64,000 bases of DNA from Nostoc sp. (GTDB lineage: Bacteria > Cyanobacteriota > Cyanobacteriia > Cyanobacteriales > Nostocaceae). Below, in pieces: positions 26,162 through 35,235 of this stretch. Both the position numbers and the translations under genes were made by a program. The stretch is taken from contig JBALDB010000009.1 in the NCBI GenBank assembly GCA_036918135.1, positions 32,001-96,000 on the forward strand. The letters run 5' to 3'. How positions within the stretch are numbered: the stretch's first letter is position 1; each line of letters opens with the position of its first letter. The notes beneath the pieces were generated by a model. It worked only from the letters and a program-made list of their open reading frames with translations, was not told the origin of the DNA and ran no database searches.

Positions 26162-28648
26162 TCAATTAGCTTCTAGCCTTTCTGGATGTCTTTTATTCCA
26201 AATATCTAAAGTCACTTTCATCAAGGCATCTAGATGCTCGTCAGTTAAAGGATTAGTTCTATCTTCACAAGCCCATTTGACAACCGATGTTAATTCCTTT
26301 GGCGAGAGATACCGTATACCCTTGGCTATTTCCGCTGCTACGCTTGCTGAAGATTCACCAGTACTACTTGAGGAAGAGATACTCTCTGGTGACTCCGAGC
26401 GTAACTGAATAACGTTACTTGCACGCGACTCATCATTAGATGTTTGTAAGCTAAAACCGGGTAAGTCAGCGTTTGGGTCGAAGCCTTCGTTTCGCTCTTT
26501 TTCTTCTAAAAGCCCGCCATCACGAGTTTTACCCAATCCATATTGGCTGGCAGGATTTTGTGAGTTTTTCATTTGTTCAATTTTCAACCTGGCAGCTTCC
26601 GGATCTGCTGGTAGCAGATCGGATAAATACATATTATCGCTTTGCTTGCCTTCGCTTTCCTCATCAAATTGAATTACGGCAATGGATTTTTCTAAAGAAG
26701 TCACCGTTCCCAAAGCCCCAACGTGATGCGAAGCTCTAGTAGATACTTTTATTCTTTCTCCAAGGATGGGCTTCCACGTTTGTGGTCTTTGTTTTACCTC
26801 TGCATCCTGAATAAGCCAAGAGGCCGCTGTATATGCCGCATGAACCGATTTATTGTTTAACAATTGACGCAGCGTACAGGCATTTTCAGGTTCGGACTCC
26901 TGTAATGATTCGATAACACTCAGTACTTTATCAGCTTTTTGAAAGTTTTTGCCACTTCCTAAGCCAACACGAGTGGCCACAATATCTCTGACTTGTCCTC
27001 TGTCCGCTCCAGGAAAATTTTCCTGGTTTTCTAAAGCAGACCCTTTTCTTGATTTAGCTTTCTCGGATTCTATAGGTAGCCAGAATCTCGCCTCTTTGAC
27101 TTTTTGTTCGACTGTTTTCTCCCGGACGGCGTTATCCAACAGAAGGGCTTCTAGAACAGCCTCCTCATCAGGAAACTCCCGTACCTCCACCATCAGGCGT
27201 TGAATGTTCTTTTTCTTGGCTGTCCTTAGTCGCCGATTACCGCCGACTACATCCCCGTTGGGAGCGACCAACAACGGTTTAATCCAACCACTGCTTTCAA
27301 TCATTTCTTCAAGAGCAGTATCGTCCTCTTCTTCCCCATATATCCGGGAATTGATGGGGTGCGATCGCAAAGCGCAAACAGAGATTTCCTGAAAACCTAA
27401 TGTTAATAAGGGCTTCATCTCTTGGATGTCTTCATCTGCCAGTTGCTCGGTACGATCCGGATTTGCATCTACAACATTTTCCTCGCTGGTACTCTCCTCA
27501 ACATGGTGGAGGTATTCAAATAAGGGGAGTAACTTTTCTAAGGTGAAGCCGCTTTGTTCTGTTACAGTCCCGTTATCCCATATCACGGTCGCTTGCAGGA
27601 AGCCATCGGTAAAAGCATATTCAGTAATGCTGCCGAACTTGTCGCCTTTACTCACGCGATCGCCACGTGCTGGACACAAAGCCAATGCCTCTTCTTCGGT
27701 TTGGCAAGCGGGAGCAATCAGCCAGCCATCTGTAACTTCAAGGTTCAAGCCTTGGTTTGTAGCATATTTACGAGCATCAGCTATTAAATATTCTGCAATT
27801 TCAAACTGTGTAGCTGTTGCCGCCTGCACAAGTATATTTAATAACTTATCGACAGCAAGTGCGTTGATTTTCCTTGCAGCAATTGGCGGTTCTATTGACA
27901 CCGATAATTGCTGCAAATACTCCAAAGATGAAAACGAATCAGCTTGATTTTCTGGTTGTCTAAGCCTTTGTTTTAGAGCTTCGATGCTCTGTTTGTTTTC
28001 AGGATAATGCTGTCTAATCCACTGGAGAGCTAGAACTAAAGTATTTTTATTGGCTCTAGCTAAAGATGCTTTGATATTAATCTCGGTATCAACATCATTA
28101 ATTCCTGTGCTAGCACCAATAAGCCAGTCAAAATCCCATCGGTCAAAATCCTTAGCCAAATACCAGTCACTAGGAGAAATAAGAGAGTCATCGCTTACTT
28201 TTATCCAACCACGAGCTTGTAATTGACTGATTTTCTCTAGTCGGCGTCCATCAGTTTTCTCGTTCTTTTTCTTGGCAACCCAAACAATATCACCGACTTT
28301 AACAATTCCAGAATTAGCAACTTCATCTAACTCTAATAATCGTGGTTGTTCGGGAACTGGTATAGCTTTGCTCCAGGAAACAAAAACTGTTGGTTGATTT
28401 CCCTGATTTTTTTCGGTGACCTGACCAAGAAAATCTGAGTTTCGTTTGCTTACCCAATGTCCAACTGTCAGCTTTTCAAATGCCTCTAGATTAGCTATGC
28501 GATCGCCCAAAGAGCTTAGCTGTTTGTCTAAAGACTGTTTATCTTCAACAGAAAGGTTAACACTCGCTAAGGCTTTAGTTAACTCTTCTTTTTTGTTTTG
28601 CAAAACTTCTAAATCAGCAACCATTTTATTCTCCTTAATTAGTAACAT
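26162..28648 (-). CDS. Multidomain protein: coiled coil, several SH3/KOW-like domains, ParB-N domain and HTH
   Basis: HPINSRIYG...SGWIKPLLV...VVGGNRR...LLDN..R; HTH RDIVATRVGLGSGKNFQKA; four [VRL]G[DHE]x[VI]-type beta modules. Confidence 0.8.
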   Translation of the reverse strand: MLLIKENKMVADLEVLQNKKEELTKALASVNLSVEDKQSLDKQLSSLGDRIANLEAFEKLTVGHWVSKRNSDFLGQVTEKNQGNQPTVFVSWSKAIPVPEQPRLLELDEVANSGIVKVGDIVWVAKKKNEKTDGRRLEKISQLQARGWIKVSDDSLISPSDWYLAKDFDRWDFDWLIGASTGINDVDTEINIKASLARANKNTLVLALQWIRQHYPENKQSIEALKQRLRQPENQADSFSSLEYLQQLSVSIEPPIAARKINALAVDKLLNILVQAATATQFEIAEYLIADARKYATNQGLNLEVTDGWLIAPACQTEEEALALCPARGDRVSKGDKFGSITEYAFTDGFLQATVIWDNGTVTEQSGFTLEKLLPLFEYLHHVEESTSEENVVDANPDRTEQLADEDIQEMKPLLTLGFQEISVCALRSHPINSRIYGEEEDDTALEEMIESSGWIKPLLVAPNGDVVGGNRRLRTAKKKNIQRLMVEVREFPDEEAVLEALLLDNAVREKTVEQKVKEARFWLPIESEKAKSRKGSALENQENFPGADRGQVRDIVATRVGLGSGKNFQKADKVLSVIESLQESEPENACTLRQLLNNKSVHAAYTAASWLIQDAEVKQRPQTWKPILGERIKVSTRASHHVGALGTVTSLEKSIAVIQFDEESEGKQSDNMYLSDLLPADPEAARLKIEQMKNSQNPASQYGLGKTRDGGLLEEKERNEGFDPNADLPGFSLQTSNDESRASNVIQLRSESPESISSSSSTGESSASVAAEIAKGIRYLSPKELTSVVKWACEDRTNPLTDEHLDALMKVTLDIWNKRHPERLEAN
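27009..27026. repeat. Copy 3 of palindrome CAGGAAAATTTTCCTG (core 27010-27025) inside the ParB-HTH gene
   Basis: Encodes QENFPG just before the HTH. Confidence 0.85.
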
Positions 28649-29056
28649 GGGTAACAGTTAAAAACATGAAACTGTTATTTGACAGTTAACAATTGGTTTG
28701 TTTTATTGAAAACATGGCGTCAGTAAGTAAGACGTTTTTTATATAACCAATATAAAATTACAGTCCTTGCAAACTGGCTATTTATAAGGACTTTTCAAAT
28801 TAAATAGCGAGTATATGTGTTGCAAAAAATGCAAGCCTAAAACAACACTTTGTACTTTTTGTAGCGTGAAAAAGATAGTGTATCTATCTAAGTAATTTTG
28901 TGCCATAATAGAGAGCGAAACACAAAAAAGAGGTGTTTGTGGCAAACACTTGTGGCAAATATTTCTTTTGAAAGTTTTGGTATCAAAGATTGATACTCAA
29001 AATCTATAAAATGCACTATTTCGTCTTGGCAGATGGGTAGTGCGTTAGCTTTTCAA

Positions 29057-29089
29057 AAAAGTAGTCTGTTCGTAGCAGGCTACTTTTTT
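29057..29089. terminator. Hairpin flanked by A- and T-tracts (bidirectional terminator-like)
   Basis: AAAAAAGTAGTCTGTTCGTAGCAGGCTACTTTTTT. Confidence 0.55.
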
Positions 29090-29191
29090 CATGTAGATGC
29101 TGGATTGAAAGTACAAGCAGAATATTTAACTTTTTATTCTCCAAAGAACATAAAATAAAATGAATTACAGAACTTTAAAGTAAGTTCAAAA

Positions 29192-29563
29192 TCATGCTGC
29201 CAATGCCTCAGCTGCTTGATTCAGGCGTTCTTTTAGTAATTCAAGGTCTTGTTTTATTTGTAGTTTGTAATACTCCAAATATTTCTTTAAACATTTATGA
29301 ACTACCGTACTTTTAGTAAGTCCAGTTCTTGTCACCGCTTCCTGTAAAATATGTTTTGTGTGTTCATCGTATATATATAGTGTCGTTGCTTTAGTGCGCC
29401 CCTCCTTACAATTTCTTCGCTCTGATTGAAGGGAGTTAGCGAATTCTCTAATTGCCCTCCTTGCTATTTCTTCGATACTGAACCCCATTGCTGTAGCTGC
29501 AATTACAGCAGTACTCATCGTTATTGGGTCAGTGTTGTAACTTATAGACTCTTTGGATTTCAT
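29192..29563 (-). CDS. Putative DNA-binding regulator (ribbon-helix-helix-like)
   Basis: TTLYIYDEHTKHILQEAVTRTGLTKSTVVHKCLKKYL; divergent from the XRE gene. Confidence 0.55.
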   Translation of the reverse strand: MKSKESISYNTDPITMSTAVIAATAMGFSIEEIARRAIREFANSLQSERRNCKEGRTKATTLYIYDEHTKHILQEAVTRTGLTKSTVVHKCLKKYLEYYKLQIKQDLELLKERLNQAAEALAA

Positions 29564-29673
29564 TGGATTTCATAATATCCAATTGCAACTTATAAGAGAC
29601 ATGCTAGCACTGTATTTTGTAAGTTGCAAGGTTGCCTTGACTCGTTCCAGTGACAAACTTTTCACTAGAGCGT

Positions 29674-30147
29674 ATGGGCAATTTATACACGAGGACTGGA
29701 TTAGAAAAATTAGCGCAAATAGTCAAAGCGGCGCGAGGTAGCGACTCTGTGCGAACTTTCGCTAAAAAGGCGGACATTAGCCACAGAACGGTTACGCGAT
29801 TGGAGGAAGCAGATCTTAAAGAGCCAGAGATCACAACATTACAAAAGATTGCCCCTTTAACTGGCTATTCAAAAGAAGAATTAATAGCCATATTGGAATC
29901 GAAGCCGCTTAGCCCGCAGGTACGAGAGTATCGAACAGCCGAGGACGTGATACCAATAGTTAATCAGCTACCCGATCAACAAGCGGCAAGGGTAGCGCAA
30001 CACATTATTGCTCGTTTAGCTCACCCCAAAGTGTCATTGAATGAGATTCCGGGCGAAGGAGTCTCGCTGCACATGGAATTGATGAGTCAGCGGCAGGTAG
30101 CCGATTTGCTCAGGGCGATCGCCGAGCGAATAGATATTGAGGAGTAG
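29674..30147 (+). CDS. XRE-family HTH repressor
   Basis: VKAARG..SVRTFAKKADISHRTVTRLE....PEITTLQKIA; ATG at 29674. Confidence 0.85.
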   Translation: MGNLYTRTGLEKLAQIVKAARGSDSVRTFAKKADISHRTVTRLEEADLKEPEITTLQKIAPLTGYSKEELIAILESKPLSPQVREYRTAEDVIPIVNQLPDQQAARVAQHIIARLAHPKVSLNEIPGEGVSLHMELMSQRQVADLLRAIAERIDIEE

Positions 30148-30219
30148 GCTGCAAAATTTGTTACGTTGTTAAATCTATTTTTGCAATGACGTAGTTTCAA
30201 GTTTTTTGCTGATGCCTTT

Positions 30220-30266
30220 GAGGTCTGCAAAACCTTTATCCCCCGGTTCAAATCCGGGTGTCGCCT
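30220..30266 (+). other. 3' half of tRNA-Cys(GCA), probable attR
   Basis: GAGGT-CTGCAAA-ACCTT anticodon arm, CCCGG-TTCAAAT-CCGGG T-arm, TGTCGCCT 3' acceptor strand; no D-arm or 5' acceptor strand upstream. Confidence 0.9.
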
Positions 30267-30422
30267 TCAAATTAAAGTATAGCAAAATACCCGTGTTAAA
30301 CTGATTCATTTCCCATTTATGTAACACCGAAAAAAGATGTATGGCAATCCTAAATTAATCATGAGAAAATACTATATACATGCATCTTCGGAAAATTAAA
30401 TTTTTGGCAATTAACTGAGAAT

Positions 30423-31904
30423 TCAAAGTAGTTCCAGTGTGCTAAATAACTTGGGCAAGTCTTTTTGAGAGACTTTACGTATACCCGTTTCGACTGCATC
30501 AACCCAGGAAACGCTTTTCCCCATCGTTGTAGCGAAAAATGCCCTAGACCAACCTTTTGCTTTTCTAGCTTCTCTGATCGCATTACCTGATATATGCTGA
30601 ATATTGTTTGAACTTAGCTGCTTGGAGTCCACAGTTAAGCGTTCTTGTACTTCTGCTGATAGATGAAAACGCCATCTAGAATTTAGTATCTCACTCCAAT
30701 AACCTATAGGTCTTTTAGTGCTTTTACTGCTTGCTAACCAAGCTGGACCTGTCTCAAGTTCTGCATCCCATTCGGCTTCTTTAACAACTTTCAGGTCAGT
30801 TTCAAAATCATCAGCCATTTGCCGTCTGAGTTGTCTGTCTTGCTCTGCTGTTGACACTTTATCTGCGCCGTAAGCAATCTCCATTAGAGTCTTGCCCATT
30901 ACACAATCTTGAAATTCCGATTGCATTTGGAAGGTTAGCCAGACTAATATTCTAGCTGCACCAGCATTTTGTTTACCAATGCTAAACAGTTTTTGTACAG
31001 TTTTCTTAGTAATAATTCCAGTGTGGTAGTAGCATTTAGATTTGTTGAGAAAGTATTTTGTCCAGACTCCAGGTTGACCTATTACCTTTAAACCTACTAG
31101 CTTGCTATTGCCTGCTTTATCTGTTTCAAAATCTCGTATTATACTAATGTCCCAAATCTTTAAATCAGCAACGGTAAAAGCTCCTACTTTCCCCTGTTTA
31201 TGCCATGCAATACAGGCTAGTACCTGAGCGGGTTGCCGTAATAAGTGGTACAAAATAGTCAATTTTTCATGCTTGCATAAGTCTCTGCGTTTGACAAGCC
31301 CAGTGTATTCAAGTAGTTGCCTGTCATCTATAATAAAATTTCCTGACCAAGGTTTTTCTAAGCTGGCTACTAAGGCACAATAAATTAGGTGAATAGCACA
31401 CGCCCTTGGGTCAAATCGCTCTATAACAGCTAAAGCCGCCTCTTCAGCCAAAGTTTCTGGTTGTGGGGTTTCGGGATTATCTGTCACATAGTAAAAGATT
31501 TTTCCTTTTCCCTTTTCAACTTCTTTTTCGTAGCTGAAAGTATTACTTTTTTCAGCTTTCCATGACAGATTCATTTTTTGAGATAAGACTTCAGCAACTC
31601 CATGCAAAACTAGCGACAACGCAGCAACACTAGTCTTACCATCAGGAAACAAGGAAGCTTTTTTAAATTGTCGAGGTTTTGCTGGATGCTGTTGGTCATT
31701 TAAGAATAACTTCTGAGCATCTTTCTTAACTCTGCCTTGAAGAGGAACTTGTTTTTCTAATTGAGTAGTCGAGTCTTCTAGAAAATTTTTACCAAGAGTA
31801 GCATTAGTTCCATTTGGATTTGAATTACAGTCAATAGTAATTCTTGGTATCTGCTGAAATAAATGCAGAAGTTTACTATATAATATTTTTGCTAACTGTT
31901 TCAT
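30423..31904 (-). CDS. Cyanobacterial mobile-element-type protein with C-terminal XRE HTH
   Basis: C-terminal IREARKAKGWSRAFFATTMGKSVSWVDAVETG; DPRACAIHLIY...IDDRQL core. Confidence 0.75.
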   Translation of the reverse strand: MKQLAKILYSKLLHLFQQIPRITIDCNSNPNGTNATLGKNFLEDSTTQLEKQVPLQGRVKKDAQKLFLNDQQHPAKPRQFKKASLFPDGKTSVAALSLVLHGVAEVLSQKMNLSWKAEKSNTFSYEKEVEKGKGKIFYYVTDNPETPQPETLAEEAALAVIERFDPRACAIHLIYCALVASLEKPWSGNFIIDDRQLLEYTGLVKRRDLCKHEKLTILYHLLRQPAQVLACIAWHKQGKVGAFTVADLKIWDISIIRDFETDKAGNSKLVGLKVIGQPGVWTKYFLNKSKCYYHTGIITKKTVQKLFSIGKQNAGAARILVWLTFQMQSEFQDCVMGKTLMEIAYGADKVSTAEQDRQLRRQMADDFETDLKVVKEAEWDAELETGPAWLASSKSTKRPIGYWSEILNSRWRFHLSAEVQERLTVDSKQLSSNNIQHISGNAIREARKAKGWSRAFFATTMGKSVSWVDAVETGIRKVSQKDLPKLFSTLELL

Positions 31905-31954
31905 TTCTCTACAAATACGCTGGATATGTAGGTAATTACTAATTCGTAATTCGT

Positions 31955-32046
31955 GAGGCAGTCTGCATAAGAGGTGGTCTCCCCTATTATATAGGAACTG
32001 CCTATCTTCGTAGCTCTCTTCGGCGCAGGAGCGTCACCCGTTCGCT
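31955..32046. repeat. Cluster of short GC-rich dispersed palindromic repeats
   Basis: GAGGCAG...CTGCCT hairpin followed by GCGCAGGAGCGTCACCCGTTCGC. Confidence 0.4.
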
Positions 32047-32092
32047 GTTAGGGACACGAGCAGTAAAAAGCCAATCCCCAGAACCATAGTGT

Positions 32093-32195
32093 TTAATAAA
32101 ACCGAGTCCGGGTTTTGGCTGTATTGACCAAATCCTGTTGAGGGCATCTTGAAGTTGAGCGAAAACGCCAGAGGCTCCAAAAAGGAGAATCATAA
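32093..32195 (-). pseudogene. YihY/BrkB family remnant
   Basis: ILLFGASGVFAQLQDALNRIWSIQPKPG aligns with VLLLGATGLFTELQDSLNTIWEVKPKPG of the intact gene at 59148-60182. Confidence 0.75.
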
Positions 32196-32219
32196 GGTCG
32201 ATTGCAGAAGCGATCGACC

Positions 32220-32423
32220 TTAAATAGTTTTATCTCGGCGGTCAACAATGATAACGGCAGGGTCTTCACTATTGTGCGTGTTATCAAAAATTGCTGTTTG
32301 TTGACCAACTCTTTGGTTTTTACCTGGGGAGGCATCGTAAATAATGAAATCCTCAATTCCTTGCCGTTTGAGAATTGCTTCCGCATACCTAATCTCAGTA
32401 TCAGTGCGTATAAAAGTAGTCAT
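32220..32423 (-). pseudogene. C-terminal remnant of a cyanobacterial general-stress-type protein
   Basis: TDTEIRYAEAILKRQGIEDFIIYD ... PAVIIVDRR; upstream part degenerate. Confidence 0.4.
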
Positions 32424-32783
32424 GGTGACATAATCGGTAGTTCCCTGCTTGCCATTGGGGAGTCTGAATCCCCCCTGTCTTGAAAAGTTTCCTGCGGAGG
32501 GAAACCTTAGAGCAGAACTTTTCGCTAATTAATTCTAAATTATGAATTCTGGCTTCTAAATTATTCTTCAATAATATTTAGACATTTTTAGATGAGCTTT
32601 CCCTCAATCTATTGGAATAGTTTTTATCTTTCAAAATAATGACACAATAAATGGTTCAACTCAAACTAATTAGGCTAAAATAACAAGAAGATTTTACTGA
32701 AATGTAAGGTATTAACTAACATATTATCTGAACTAGAATTATGAATATGTAATGATTTTTTGAATCAAAGCCTTACATTTAGT

Positions 32784-32822
32784 GCTAGAAACTAGTCACA
32801 GCCAAGCTAGAAACTAGTCACA
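32784..32822. repeat. 17-bp perfect direct repeat with 22-bp period
   Basis: GCTAGAAACTAGTCACA at 32784-32800 and 32806-32822. Confidence 0.85.
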
Positions 32823-33052
32823 AAAATCATCAATAAATTTTGTTAGAATACAAGAGATAGATTTAAAAGTTAGAGTTACAATAGTCATAAAAACATCTTA
32901 AAGTAGTATTCTTTTGGCGTTTAACCATATTTCATTACTTCTTTCGATCGGCATCAATTTTCATTAAATTCAATCTTGCGACAGAAGCTTTATCTAAATT
33001 GAATTCAGTAAATTTTATTAAGTGAACAGCAGAATTTATAGGAGAAAGAATA

Positions 33053-33946
33053 ATGCCACTCCAAAGAATAAGTGAGTTTGATACAGACTACCGTAATACT
33101 ATAGAAGGTAACGATATCAAAGGAATGGGTGTCTATGTTCAGGGAACTGATGAAAAGATTGGCACAGTAAGTGATGCTGTATTAGACGAGCAAGGAGCAT
33201 TCCGCTATTTAATTGTTGATTTAGGCTTTTGGATTTTTGACAAGAAAGTATTACTACCAGTAGGTAAAACCCGCATTGACTCTGTAGCAGACCGTGTATA
33301 TGCCGTTGGTTTAACAAGAGAGCAAGCAGAAAATTTACCTGAATTTCACGAGCATACAGACCTTGATTATGACTATGAGGAACGAGTGCGTAGTGGATAT
33401 CGCACTCCATTACAAGAAGACTCAGCACCTTTGGATGCAACATCTGCGGCTGTAGTAGGAGCGACAACTGAGCGTACTACTCCGAGTTACGATCGCAACT
33501 CCTACACCTACACACAAGATGCAGATTTATATGATGTCAGCGGTCACGAAGACCAAATTTTCAAACTCTACGAAGAAAGATTGGTTGCTAACAAGCAGCG
33601 CCGTAAAATTGGAGAAGTAGTAATTGGCAAGCACATTGAAACTGAAACTGCTAGAGTTGCTGTTCCAGTAGAAAAAGAGCGAGTCGTGATTGAGCGAGTT
33701 ACTCCTGCTGAGGCAGGCAAAGTTGTCTCCCCTGATGCAACAGTTTTCCAAGCAGGTGAAGTTGCACATGTAGAACTCTACGAAGAAGTTGCTGATGTGC
33801 AAAAAGAAGCTTTTGTACGCGAAGAAGTCAGAGTACAGAAAGTGGTAGACCAAGAAATTGTTGAAGTTCAAGAGACTGTTCGACGTGAAGAGTTAGATGT
33901 TGATACTGATGGTAATCCAGTAGTCAAGAAAACTGACCGACTGTAG
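33053..33946 (+). CDS. PRC-barrel + DUF2382 (YsnF/AvaK-like) protein
   Basis: KIGTVSD..D..G.FRYLIVD.G...KKVLLP; LYEERLVANK...GEVVIGK..ETE...VRREEL. Confidence 0.9.
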   Translation: MPLQRISEFDTDYRNTIEGNDIKGMGVYVQGTDEKIGTVSDAVLDEQGAFRYLIVDLGFWIFDKKVLLPVGKTRIDSVADRVYAVGLTREQAENLPEFHEHTDLDYDYEERVRSGYRTPLQEDSAPLDATSAAVVGATTERTTPSYDRNSYTYTQDADLYDVSGHEDQIFKLYEERLVANKQRRKIGEVVIGKHIETETARVAVPVEKERVVIERVTPAEAGKVVSPDATVFQAGEVAHVELYEEVADVQKEAFVREEVRVQKVVDQEIVEVQETVRREELDVDTDGNPVVKKTDRL

Positions 33947-34075
33947 TCTAGACCACATTTGCAGCAGAATTCTAGAGACAAGTTGGAGCGGAGTGCTAAG
34001 TCTATTACGAGAAAACTTCCGCTTTGAACTTCAAACAGTCACAAGCTCAGAGGCACAAGGTTTTACGCTCCTACA

Positions 34076-34549
34076 GTGAAACGTGTATTGCAGATATTCA
34101 AGGAGGTTCAATTGAAAGTAATTCAACAGTTTCGGCAAATTTTAACAGCTTTAGTCTTGGTATTAGTACTAACAACGACTGCCGCCTGTAGTGCAGTCGT
34201 TCAAGCAAAACAACCGACTCAATTACCACCCGGAATCAGTCGTAATGGTGATTATGCTCTATTAGAGCGCGGTAACAGCGTACAAGGTCAAGATTTCGGT
34301 AACTGGGTTGTTAGTACAGCAAAGGGAATTGTCCAGGATGCTTATGTACGCGACAACAACAAATTAGGTGTTGTGATTACACCTCAAGTTCGTCCAACGG
34401 AAGTACGACCATTAGCAAAATCGCTACTTCAAGGTTTCCACAAGAATTTCCCCAATCAAGACTTAACGGTTTTGGTATACGCACCAGACAAAAAACTGAT
34501 TTTGACGGGTCGGTATGATGTGCAATCAAATCAGATTGAGTATAAATAG
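34076..34549 (+). CDS. Conserved cyanobacterial hypothetical (lipoprotein-like)
   Basis: Hydrophobic signal ending TTAAC; start uncertain. Confidence 0.7.
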   Translation: MKRVLQIFKEVQLKVIQQFRQILTALVLVLVLTTTAACSAVVQAKQPTQLPPGISRNGDYALLERGNSVQGQDFGNWVVSTAKGIVQDAYVRDNNKLGVVITPQVRPTEVRPLAKSLLQGFHKNFPNQDLTVLVYAPDKKLILTGRYDVQSNQIEYK

Positions 34550-34614
34550 TTACTCAATAATTTTGTTAAAGAATTGATTTCTGTTGACTGCAATTATAAA
34601 AGGAGACAATTAAG

Positions 34615-35136
34615 ATGAGTAGCAGTGACAAATATAAACGCGAAGTACTCAACGAGTTGGCGCATGGTAACACAGAGTCTTTAGATGATGTTTCATCCGA
34701 TGCAACTCAGGATTACCAAAACTTTGACGATTTTGCTCAACGTTCATCTCATAATGAACGCCGACAATTGTTTAGCCAGTCTTTCAACCATAACAGTATT
34801 CCACCTAGCCAACTGGAGCCAGAATTACAGAAAGCGATCGCTCAAATTAAGCCCAACGAACGCGATGATGTCGCACGGGCATTTTTCAAGCATTTAAAGC
34901 AAAGAGGTTTGGATGAGCGCCATTTAGAGCGAGATTTGGGACTTTCTACCCATAACGCTAACCGCATGAATGCCGATGATGTCAGCAAACTTGCATCTTT
35001 CGCTTATCACAATCATCCTGATATCTTTCAAGAAGTGATGGCTGAACAACCAGGGATTATTAAGTTTCTCAGTAATCCAGTGGTAGGAGCAGCTTTGGGA
35101 GCGATCGCAGCTAAGTGGTTTGGTGGTCGCAAATAA
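34615..35136 (+). CDS. Conserved hypothetical protein
   Basis: 173 aa, AAGGAG RBS, C-terminal GAALGAIAAKW helix. Confidence 0.7.
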   Translation: MSSSDKYKREVLNELAHGNTESLDDVSSDATQDYQNFDDFAQRSSHNERRQLFSQSFNHNSIPPSQLEPELQKAIAQIKPNERDDVARAFFKHLKQRGLDERHLERDLGLSTHNANRMNADDVSKLASFAYHNHPDIFQEVMAEQPGIIKFLSNPVVGAALGAIAAKWFGGRK

Positions 35137-35154
35137 ACCTTCATCGCTGGATTT

Positions 35155-35187
35155 AGATCCCCAACTTCTTGAAGAAGTCGGGGATCT
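35155..35187. repeat. REP-like palindrome
   Basis: AGATCCCCAACTTCTT-G-AAGAAGTCGGGGATCT. Confidence 0.7.
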
Positions 35188-35235
35188 GGCTAGCACCTTA
35201 GCTCTTTGTATTCCTGTTTTTACGAGGAAAATACT

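Larger units (their letters stand above)
1..30266. mobile_element. Right portion of an integrated prophage/ICE-like element inserted at tRNA-Cys
   Basis: Dense hypothetical, tail-like, lysis-like, ParB, helicase and repressor genes end at a 3' tRNA-Cys fragment; host-type genes follow. No integrase, terminase or capsid gene recognised in this window. Confidence 0.85.

Noticed and set aside
30181..30270. Intact tRNA-Cys gene
   Set aside because: No 5' acceptor strand or D-arm upstream of the anticodon stem; treated as an att duplication
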